Shown: piece by piece, positions 38,179-45,740 of the stretch
How positions within the stretch are numbered: position 1 is the first letter of the stretch
Layout of the letters: each line of letters starts with the position of its first letter
Assembly (NCBI GenBank): GCA_045577395.1
Contig: JAZNIH010000077.1
Span: 13,651 to 77,650, forward strand
Direction of reading: 5' to 3'
Length of the DNA stretch: 64,000 nucleotides
Source: Acutalibacteraceae bacterium
GTDB taxonomy: Bacteria; Bacillota; Clostridia; Oscillospirales; Acutalibacteraceae
Notes under the pieces: generated by a model
The model's input: only the letters and a program-made list of their open reading frames with translations
Database searches by the model: none
Told to the model about the DNA's origin: nothing
Position numbers and translations under genes: made by a program

Positions 38179-39024
38179 ATGCCTAAATTTTGCGGATTCT
38201 GCGGAACACAGACAGAGGATACCGATTTTATCTGCGGTAACTGCGGAAGACCTGTTCAGCAGTCTCAGACACCCGTTCAGTCTGTAAGCCCTGCAACTGC
38301 AGAGTATGCAGATTTTGCTCAGCCCGTCGAGGAATATCAGAGCTATTACACTCAGCAGCCCCAAACCGGTAAGGCTGCAAAGAAGGTTAAAAAACCGAAC
38401 ATAAAGCTTAATTTTGATTTCAATAAAATTTCCGACGCTGCAACAACACACCTTGCAGGAATCGTGGCAGGTGTCAGAAAGGGCGACAAAAAGAGCCTTA
38501 TCACCGTCAGCAGTGCTGCCGCTATCCTTATTGCCGTGCTTATTGTTATTATCAGCGCTTTTTCGGTCGGCGGAGAAAAGAAGGCTGCAGAAAAGGTTCT
38601 TAAGGCTGTAAGTAAAAACGATGCTCAGTCGGTAGTGAAGCTTGTTCCCAAGTTCTTCTACAGCCCGAATATTATCGGTGTCACACAGACCGAGGAGAAT
38701 TGGTTCGGGATCTTTGACGAGCGAATCGAGACCTTCCGTAATTTAGCATCGGATAAGCTCGAATCCGAGGATTTCACTATGAGCTGGGAAATCACGGATG
38801 TTGATTTCTACGGTGAAAATGAAATGAAGACCCTTACCGAGGTTTATGAAATCTATGAGGAATTCAAGGATAAGAAGCTCAAAAAGGGTGCTCTTGTAAA
38901 TGTAGAGGTTGTTTGCAAGAAGGGCGGAGAAAAGTACTTCTCGGAATTTGAGGTTTACGTTTATAAATACGGCTCATCATGGTACGTGCAGAAGTGGGCT
39001 GACGTAGCTTCGGTACAGAACTGA
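38179..39024 (+). CDS. Zinc-ribbon / single-TM membrane protein of unknown function
   Basis: N-terminal CGFCG...CGNCG zinc ribbon, a Q/P-rich linker, one TM (AAAILIAVLIVIISAF), and an extracytoplasmic domain of about 140 aa. Confidence 0.6.
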   Translation: MPKFCGFCGTQTEDTDFICGNCGRPVQQSQTPVQSVSPATAEYADFAQPVEEYQSYYTQQPQTGKAAKKVKKPNIKLNFDFNKISDAATTHLAGIVAGVRKGDKKSLITVSSAAAILIAVLIVIISAFSVGGEKKAAEKVLKAVSKNDAQSVVKLVPKFFYSPNIIGVTQTEENWFGIFDERIETFRNLASDKLESEDFTMSWEITDVDFYGENEMKTLTEVYEIYEEFKDKKLKKGALVNVEVVCKKGGEKYFSEFEVYVYKYGSSWYVQKWADVASVQN

Positions 39025-39320
39025 GTTTAATAAAAGTAAAAATCTGTCGGAATTAGCGGGGTGTTCGTAAGGACACTCCGCAGTTTTATTCGCCTTTCGG
39101 CGAGTTTTATTGCTTCGCAGTGATATTTGTCTTGCGACAAGTGATATTGCCTTCGGCAGTTTTCGGCGAATAAAATAACACTGAAGCCGTAAGGCTTCAA
39201 TATCACTTTTGATTTTTCAAAAATATAACTGCAAATTTTAATTTGCAATATCACTTAATACTCACCGAATAAAATATTTTCACTTTGGCGTAATTACCTT
39301 CAAAGTATATAACCCACTAT

Positions 39321-39350
39321 GACACTTTCAAGCCGAAAGTGTCACTTTTT
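39321..39350 (+). terminator. Plus-strand terminator-like hairpin inside the island
   Basis: Stem GACACTTT / AAAGTGTC followed by ACTTTTTAT. It lies 297 nt beyond the nearest upstream plus-strand stop codon. Confidence 0.6.
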
Positions 39351-39352
39351 AT

Positions 39353-39392
39353 ATAAAAAATTGGGAGCACTTCATCACGAAGTGTCTCCCAA
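39353..39392 (-). terminator. Rho-independent terminator of spoIIR
   Basis: Minus strand: stem TTGGGAGACACTTC / GAAGTGCTCCCAA (one bulge) followed by TTTTTTAT. Confidence 0.7.
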
Positions 39393-39442
39393 TAATTTTA
39401 TCTGTCCTTAGCAACCTCTCCTTTTGTCCGACAGATTTTTGT

Positions 39443-40045
39443 TTATTTTTCAAAATATTCCCTGACCTCGTACCATTTTTCCACGACCCACAGTCTGACA
39501 CGGTATTTTTCGGGCGCGGTAACTATGTCAAGACCCTTTTCATCGAGGACCCCGCTAAGCTCATCTTTTTCACTTGCGGCAGGAAGACATATGGGCGGAA
39601 ACATCACACACCACCAGTTTTTTCCCTCGCCCTCGCCAAGGACGATTCTCAGCGCATCATACTCACCGGCAGGAAAAACTCTGTCACCGTATTCCCTCGT
39701 AGGAAAATAGCATCGGGTAAGCTCCGCTCTGACGGGATATGTATACCCGCTCTCCCTTACGGCCTCCTCTGCAATTTTTTTAAGTGCAGGGAGTTCTCTT
39801 TCTGCATTTTGTCTGACCTGTGCGAGGTTGTCACTCTCTTTGAAAAATTCAGAGCCTTCTTTCAAAATACGGTCCCTTACCTCATATTTCAGCCTTTGTG
39901 CCTCGGAGGAATCCGAGTCGGCAATAATATGAAGCCGCAGTACGCTTTCTCTTATGCCTTCGCAGTCTTTTTCAAAGGAAAGACAGAGCATGGTACAGAA
40001 AAAAAGGGATAAAAATACTGATGCTTCAAAAATTCTTGTTTTCAT
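39443..40045 (-). CDS. spoIIR: Stage II sporulation protein R
   Basis: LRLHIIADSDSSEAQRLKYEVRDRIL and NWWCVMFPPIC match the SpoIIR signature. N-terminal signal/TM segment. ATG 40045 lies 5 nt after GGAGG. Confidence 0.88.
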   Translation of the reverse strand: MKTRIFEASVFLSLFFCTMLCLSFEKDCEGIRESVLRLHIIADSDSSEAQRLKYEVRDRILKEGSEFFKESDNLAQVRQNAERELPALKKIAEEAVRESGYTYPVRAELTRCYFPTREYGDRVFPAGEYDALRIVLGEGEGKNWWCVMFPPICLPAASEKDELSGVLDEKGLDIVTAPEKYRVRLWVVEKWYEVREYFEK

Positions 40046-40104
40046 ACATACCTCCGTTTGTTTTTCATATACTATCATTGGCGGAGTTTAAGGCTCTTAT
40101 ACCA

Positions 40105-40133
40105 TTGACAAAGCCGGAATTTGATAATATGAT
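40105..40133 (+). promoter_or_regulatory. Putative sigma-A promoter of the ACP-HAD-glxK group
   Basis: TTGACA (40105-40110), 17-nt spacer, TATGAT (40128-40133). Confidence 0.5.
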
Positions 40134-40151
40134 TATAAGGAGTGAAGGTGA

Positions 40152-40391
40152 ATGGAGATTTTTGAAAAGCTCTGTTCTGTTATAAGAGAATATCTTGAGG
40201 TGCCCGAGGGTACGGAGCTGAGCGAGGAAACGTCGCTGATAAGTCTCGGTGCGGACAGTCTTGATATGGCAGAAATCGTTATGGATATCGAGGATGAATT
40301 TGATATTGAGGTGCCCGAGGGAAGCGAATCCGATATTCATACCATCGGAGACGCTGTGGCTCTTATAGAAAAACTTATTGAAGAAAGCTGA
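40152..40391 (+). CDS. Acyl carrier protein (stand-alone)
   Basis: 79 aa and acidic. Phosphopantetheine attachment motif LGADSLDMAEIV. No fab or pls genes nearby. Confidence 0.85.
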   Translation: MEIFEKLCSVIREYLEVPEGTELSEETSLISLGADSLDMAEIVMDIEDEFDIEVPEGSESDIHTIGDAVALIEKLIEES

Positions 40392-40400
40392 GGTAGCCCT

Positions 40401-41045
40401 ATGCCGAAATACAAATATATTATCTGGGACTGGAACGGAACGCTGCTTGATGACGTTGATATAAATATTGAAATAATCAACATTCTTTTAAAGGAAAGAA
40501 GCCTTCCTTCCCTTGACAGCAGAGAAAAATACCGTGAGCTTTTCGGCTTTCCGATTACGGGGTTTTACAAGGCTCTCGGCTTTACCTTTGAGGAAGAGCC
40601 CTTTGAGTCGGTTGCCAGAGAATACGCCTTTCTTTATGATGAAAGGTATCCCTCGGCATCGCTTATGCATGGCGCAGAGGAGCTTCTCAGACACCTCAAG
40701 CATCAGGGTATGGGTCAGCTTATTGTTTCTGCTACGGAGCAGGCTTTTCTTTTAAGTCAGGTTACATACTTTGAAATTGAGCATCTTTTTACCGATATTC
40801 TCGGCACGAGTGATATTTACGTTAAAAGTAAGGTGAGCGTGGCTCAGGGCTGGATGAAAGAAAACAACGTATCCCCCGATGAGGTGCTTTTTGTCGGTGA
40901 TACGGTTCACGACAAGGAGGTTGCCGACAGCATAGGCTGTGACTGTGTGCTTATTGCTGACGGACATCAGTCCCGTGAGATTCTTGCTGCTTCAGGGGCA
41001 AAAATGCTTAAAAATATCATCGACGTTGAAAAAGAAGTGATGTAA
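40401..41045 (+). CDS. HAD-superfamily hydrolase (phosphoglycolate-phosphatase-like), with atypical motif I
   Basis: Motif I reads IIWDWNGTLLDD (DxN instead of DxD). Motif II is VSAT. Motif IV is VGDTVHD. 214 aa. Confidence 0.82.
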   Translation: MPKYKYIIWDWNGTLLDDVDINIEIINILLKERSLPSLDSREKYRELFGFPITGFYKALGFTFEEEPFESVAREYAFLYDERYPSASLMHGAEELLRHLKHQGMGQLIVSATEQAFLLSQVTYFEIEHLFTDILGTSDIYVKSKVSVAQGWMKENNVSPDEVLFVGDTVHDKEVADSIGCDCVLIADGHQSREILAASGAKMLKNIIDVEKEVM

Positions 41046-42148
41046 TGAAAAAAATAATTATAGCTCCCGATTCCTTCAAGGGTACACTTTCCTCGCTTGA
41101 GGTCTGTGAAACCGTATCTGCAGAGCTTATAAAAAGATATCCTGACTGTGAAATTGTTTCCTTACCCATAGCGGACGGCGGTGAAGGAACAACAGACGCT
41201 TTTTTATGCTCTGTCGGCGGTGAGAAGAAATACTGCAGGGCTCACAGTCCTCTCGGAAGAGAAATCGAGGCCTTTTACGGAATTATTGATAAAGGCACAG
41301 CCGTTATTGAGATGGCGGCGGCATCGGGCATTACTCTTGAAACGGAGAAAAACGCCCTCAGAAGCTCGTCTTACGGAACAGGAGAGCTGATTCTTGATGC
41401 AATGGAAAAGGGCGTCAGACGCTTTATTATAGGTATAGGAGGCAGTGCTACCACCGATGGGGGTACGGGTATGCTTTCCGCTCTCGGTGCAGAGCTTTAC
41501 GGTGCAGAGGGCAACCTGCTTTATCCTTGCGGCGAAAGCCTTATACATATAGAAAAAATTGACCTTTCTGCCCTTGATAAAAGACTTTCCGAATGTGAAT
41601 TCACCGTTCTTTGCGACGTGAGAAATCCTCTTTACGGGGAAAAGGGTGCGGCCTTTGTTTTCTCGCCTCAGAAGGGCGCTGATGAAAATGAGGTGAAGCT
41701 TCTTGATGAGGGGCTTCGCAATTTTGCAAGGGTGTGTGCAAGCACTCTCGGTAAGGATTATTCTTCTGTTGAGGGAGCAGGTGCCGCAGGCGGTATGGGC
41801 TTTGCTTTGACTGCCTTTCTCGGTGCCGACCTCGTGCGGGGGACAGAGTTTATACTTAATCTGACCGGCTTTGCTCAGAAGGCGGAGGCGGCTGACCTTA
41901 TTATTACGGGCGAGGGCAGAATGGACAGTCAGAGTCTTATGGGCAAGGTGCTCTTTGAGGTTGCAAAAAGGAGCTGCGGCAAAAGAGTTCTTGCTCTTGT
42001 CGGTGTATGTGAAGCAGACCCGAAGGAAGCAAAGAAGATGGGAATAGACGAAATTGTCGAAACAAATCCCACTCATCTTCCCTTTGAGGAGATAAAAGAA
42101 AACGCAAAACAGATGTTAATCAATGCCTGTGAAAATATTATTATATAA
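41045..42148 (+). CDS. glxK: Glycerate kinase
   Basis: IIAPDSFKGTLSS N-terminus and the GIGGSATTDGGTGM motif. About 367 aa. Confidence 0.92.
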   Translation: MKKIIIAPDSFKGTLSSLEVCETVSAELIKRYPDCEIVSLPIADGGEGTTDAFLCSVGGEKKYCRAHSPLGREIEAFYGIIDKGTAVIEMAAASGITLETEKNALRSSSYGTGELILDAMEKGVRRFIIGIGGSATTDGGTGMLSALGAELYGAEGNLLYPCGESLIHIEKIDLSALDKRLSECEFTVLCDVRNPLYGEKGAAFVFSPQKGADENEVKLLDEGLRNFARVCASTLGKDYSSVEGAGAAGGMGFALTAFLGADLVRGTEFILNLTGFAQKAEAADLIITGEGRMDSQSLMGKVLFEVAKRSCGKRVLALVGVCEADPKEAKKMGIDEIVETNPTHLPFEEIKENAKQMLINACENIII

Positions 42149-42240
42149 AAAGATAAAAATTCACAGTTTTCTCTTGATTTCTTTTTGGTTTTGGGGTTTA
42201 ATATAGAATGTATAAATATGAATGCAAAGGAGCAATAAAA

Positions 42241-43764
42241 ATGAGCAATATCAAAAGACTTAAGTATTTCGTTGACGGTCAGTGGCTTGAATCAAAGACA
42301 GAAAAATATATGCCTGTCTACAATCCCAGCACCGGTGAAGTTATCGCTGAAACTCCCTGCTGTACTGCAGAGGAAGTAGAAGCTGCAATCGCTTCAGCTA
42401 AGGCAGCATTCCCCGCATGGTCAAATACTCCCGTTATGAAGAGAGTTCAGGTGCTCTATAAATTCCGTGAGCTTCTCGTTGAGCATCTTGACGAGCTTTC
42501 AGAGCTTTGCGCTCTTGAGCACGGTAAGGTTCTTTCAGAGGCAAAGGGTGACATCCTTAAGGTTAAGGAGCCCGTTGAGCACGCACTTTCAGCTCCCTCA
42601 CTTACAATGGGTGACTGCATGAGAGATACCTCAAACGGCTATGACACAACTCTTTACTATGAGCCCGTAGGTGTTTTCGCAGGTATTGTTCCCTTCAACT
42701 TCCCCGGCATGATCCCCATGGGCTGGATGGTTCCCTGCTGTATCGCCTGCGGTAACACTATCGTTCTCAAGCTCGCTTCAATGACACCTATGACCGCTAT
42801 GCGTCTTAATGAGCTTCTTGTTGAAGCAGGTCTCCCCAAGGGCGTTGTTAACCTTGTTACCTGCTCAAGAGTTGAGGCTGACATTTTCCTTAAGCACCCC
42901 GATGTTAAGGGCATCACCTTCGTTGGTTCAACAAAGGTTGGTCTTCACGTTTATAAGGAAGCTTCTGCAACAGGTAAGAGAGTTCAGGCTCTCTGCGAGG
43001 CTAAGAACCACGCTCTCGTTCTCGAGGATGCTGCTCTCGAGCGTTCGGCAAGAGGTATCATCAACTCCTCCTTCGGCTGCGCAGGTGAGAGATGTATGGC
43101 TCTTCCCGTTGTTGTTGCTCAGGAAAGCATTGCAGATAAGCTCGTAGCTCTTCTCAAGCAGTATGCCGAAGAGCTTAAGCTCGGTCCTGCTTATGAAAAG
43201 GATTCAACCCTCGGCCCCGTTGTTACCGCTGAGCATAAGAAGAGCGTTATCGATTGGATCAACAAGGGTGTTGAAGAAGGTGCAACTCTCGTTCTCGACG
43301 GACGTGATGTGGTTGTTCCCGGCTATGAAAAGGGCTTCTATGTAGGTCCCACAATCTTCGATAATGTTACCGAAGATATGACAGTAGGTACTCAGGAAAT
43401 CTTTGGCCCCGTGCTTTGCATCAAGAGAGTAAAGACATTTGAAGAAGGTCTCGCTCTTATGAACCGCAATCCCTTTGCTAACGGCTCGGTTATCTTCACA
43501 CAGAGCGGCTACTATGCAAGAGAATTTGCAAAGAGAACAGACGGCGGTATGGTTGGTGTCAATGTCGGTATTCCCGTACCCGTCGGTGTATTCCCCTTCA
43601 CAGGCCATAAGCTTTCCTTCTTCGGTAATCTCCACTGTCTCGGTAAGGATGCATTCCGCTTCTTCACAGAAACAAAGGCAGTCACAACACGTTGGTTTGA
43701 CGAGGAAGAAATGAAGGCTACCACCGTTGATACCTGGGACGGCTCAGTAGGCGGCGGCATCTGA
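42241..43764 (+). CDS. mmsA: CoA-acylating methylmalonate-semialdehyde dehydrogenase (MmsA/IolA)
   Basis: ALDH fold with catalytic Cys motif FGCAGERCMA and the characteristic C-terminal TTRW. ATG 42241 lies after AAAGGAG. Confidence 0.9.
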   Translation: MSNIKRLKYFVDGQWLESKTEKYMPVYNPSTGEVIAETPCCTAEEVEAAIASAKAAFPAWSNTPVMKRVQVLYKFRELLVEHLDELSELCALEHGKVLSEAKGDILKVKEPVEHALSAPSLTMGDCMRDTSNGYDTTLYYEPVGVFAGIVPFNFPGMIPMGWMVPCCIACGNTIVLKLASMTPMTAMRLNELLVEAGLPKGVVNLVTCSRVEADIFLKHPDVKGITFVGSTKVGLHVYKEASATGKRVQALCEAKNHALVLEDAALERSARGIINSSFGCAGERCMALPVVVAQESIADKLVALLKQYAEELKLGPAYEKDSTLGPVVTAEHKKSVIDWINKGVEEGATLVLDGRDVVVPGYEKGFYVGPTIFDNVTEDMTVGTQEIFGPVLCIKRVKTFEEGLALMNRNPFANGSVIFTQSGYYAREFAKRTDGGMVGVNVGIPVPVGVFPFTGHKLSFFGNLHCLGKDAFRFFTETKAVTTRWFDEEEMKATTVDTWDGSVGGGI

Positions 43765-43796
43765 TTAACTCAATTTACATTCAAATAATCTGAAAA

Positions 43797-43832
43797 AAAC
43801 GGAGGGGATACAGCATCCCTTCCGTTTTATGT
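43797..43832 (+). terminator. Rho-independent terminator after mmsA
   Basis: Stem AACGGAGGGGAT / ATCCCTTCCGTT followed by TTAT. Confidence 0.7.
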
Positions 43833-43845
43833 TGTCGGATATAAT

Positions 43846-43888
43846 AAGAAAAATTTCCCTTACCGCATTTACGGTAAGGGAATAATTT
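43846..43888 (-). terminator. Rho-independent terminator of the 557-aa secreted protein gene
   Basis: Stem TCCCTTACCG / CGGTAAGGGA, flanked by a T-run on the minus strand. Confidence 0.7.
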
Positions 43889-45562
43889 TTATGCTGCGGG
43901 TGCCTCATTTTTTGAGAATCCGTTGAGTATGTATTCAAATATTGCTCTGAGCCACTTGAACAAAGCCATAAGCTTTGAGAAAAGGGTGCTTTCCTTCTTA
44001 TCTTCAAGTCCGCCCCACTGTGAAACATTACAGTTTTCTTCTGTCATGGTTTCAAGCTTTTCTGTCTCGTCATTGTAAACCATAAATCTTGAGTAAACAG
44101 TGTCCTTATCGGTTGTAAGGTTTGTGCTCCAGAGGAAGTTGTTTATGAGAGCGTGGTCGGGAGTCCAGTTATCGTGGTGGAGATTTTTGATAACGTAGGT
44201 TGTATCCTTGAAGCGTGCGGTTGAAAGGTCAATCTGCTTGTCGGCAGAAATATACTCACCGAAGCCGAGCTTCTCTCTTTCTGCAATGTATTCATCAGAA
44301 AGAGTCTTGCCTACGTTGGTTGTTGTTGCTCCGAAGGAGGAGCTTTCAACGGTAACCATTGAGTCACCTATCATGTTCTGGCTTTCGATGAAGGGATACA
44401 TCTGATAGCCGTACTTTACAAGAACACCGAAGTGTGCGCCTAAAGCTTCGCACTCGTCGAGAATTTCATCCTGTCTCTGAGCAATCTGCTCGTCATATTT
44501 GATGAGCTTTTCAACGAGACCGGCATATTCTGTTCTCTTTTCTGAGCCCTCCTTACCGTAAACGAGCTCAAGAGCCTCGTCAAACTGCTCGGTATCAATC
44601 GCTGACCAATAGCCTGCCCATGTGCCCATAAGAGCCTCAAGAAGCTTGGGCGTAAGACCTGCGTAAAGCTTTCCGTAAAGGTTTTCGAGAGGTTCGATGA
44701 GCATTATGTCAACAACTCCTACCTCATTGAGAAGGTTATAGGATGTAAGAATAACATCATTGAGGAAGGCTGCGGTGTCAAGCACGCCGTCAACCGTTGT
44801 CTTATCTGTGTCGATGTATTCGTGCATAAAGCGCTCGAGAGCATCACTGTCAAGAGCAATATTTCCGCTGAATGAATCTGTAAGGGGACCGCAGTCGTTA
44901 TGTACTGTTGCCTGGAACATTACGTTTTTAACATATGGATCACAGCCTGTTGTTTTAACCTTGTTTACATAATAGTCAAGGTAGCACATAAGGAAGCCGC
45001 CGCCGAGGCAACGTCCTACAAGGTTGACCTGCTTTGATTCGGTTGCCTTCATAACGTCCATTATGTAGGAATCAAGCTCCTCCATATGGTCAAATGGTGA
45101 AAGACGGAAATCGTAATTATACTGATATGCCATATAGTCATAACGGTTGTTGTTCTTCTTATTTCTGTTTCTGTTGCTTTTGTTTTCGTTTTCAAAGGCG
45201 GGAGCAATCTTTGAGCCGTTGAGGGGCTTACCGTCGCCGTCAAGACGAGTATCACCGAAGTACTTGAGCATTTCCTGATAAAATGCCTCATAGTAGCCGT
45301 CCCACTGATCAGCAAGAAGACCGTTGGGGAAGTGGGGGAGAAGCACCTTGGCAACAGATTCAATTATTTCGCTTGTGTCGCCGTCCTCGTCGCCTATAGC
45401 AACGGGCCAGATCTGCTCACCCTCGGCATTGACGATATCGGTACCGTCGCCTCTGATGAGGATGGTGGGGACATTGTAGTCAGCATTGAAAACTGCGCAT
45501 GCAGGAAGAGCGAGACTGAATGTCATAATGAGTGCTAAAAACAAAGCAATGATTTTTTTCAC
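43889..45562 (-). CDS. Secreted alpha/beta-hydrolase-like protein (lipase/LCAT-like) with Cys in the nucleophile elbow
   Basis: Signal peptide MKKIIALFLALIMTFSLALPACA. YNYDFRLSP...VNLVGRCLGGGF resembles the YDWR...GHSMGG pattern of class-2 lipase/LCAT families, but reads G-R-C-L-G. GTG start 8 nt after AGGAGG. Confidence 0.55.
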   Translation of the reverse strand: MKKIIALFLALIMTFSLALPACAVFNADYNVPTILIRGDGTDIVNAEGEQIWPVAIGDEDGDTSEIIESVAKVLLPHFPNGLLADQWDGYYEAFYQEMLKYFGDTRLDGDGKPLNGSKIAPAFENENKSNRNRNKKNNNRYDYMAYQYNYDFRLSPFDHMEELDSYIMDVMKATESKQVNLVGRCLGGGFLMCYLDYYVNKVKTTGCDPYVKNVMFQATVHNDCGPLTDSFSGNIALDSDALERFMHEYIDTDKTTVDGVLDTAAFLNDVILTSYNLLNEVGVVDIMLIEPLENLYGKLYAGLTPKLLEALMGTWAGYWSAIDTEQFDEALELVYGKEGSEKRTEYAGLVEKLIKYDEQIAQRQDEILDECEALGAHFGVLVKYGYQMYPFIESQNMIGDSMVTVESSSFGATTTNVGKTLSDEYIAEREKLGFGEYISADKQIDLSTARFKDTTYVIKNLHHDNWTPDHALINNFLWSTNLTTDKDTVYSRFMVYNDETEKLETMTEENCNVSQWGGLEDKKESTLFSKLMALFKWLRAIFEYILNGFSKNEAPAA

Positions 45563-45663
45563 AGTAATACCTCCTGTTTTTATATTATATTACTACAATT
45601 ATATAATAGCATAAAAATGAAAAAACGCAATGATTTGTTACGAAAATGTAAATTTATCCTTTA

Positions 45664-45708
45664 GAAATAAAAAATCATCCCTTGCCGTATATTACGGAGA
45701 AGGGATGA
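45664..45708 (-). terminator. Rho-independent terminator of thrS
   Basis: Minus strand: stem TCATCCCTT...AAGGGATGA followed by TTTTTTATTT. Confidence 0.8.
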
Positions 45709-45740
45709 CTGTATATAAAAGTGAGATGTTTTTCTGTTTT

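Larger units (their letters stand above)
39038..39440. repeat. Noncoding island bounded by a perfect 14-nt inverted repeat, filled with short hairpins
   Basis: AAAAATCTGTCGGA (39038-39051) and its exact reverse complement TCCGACAGATTTTT (39427-39440). The internal hairpins and 8-mer repeats are listed under findings. Confidence 0.7.

Noticed and set aside
41204-42076. 290-aa ORF on the minus strand
   Set aside because: It is antisense to glycerate kinase, whose motifs are unambiguous. The product is Cys/Arg/Lys-rich and looks like a shadow ORF.
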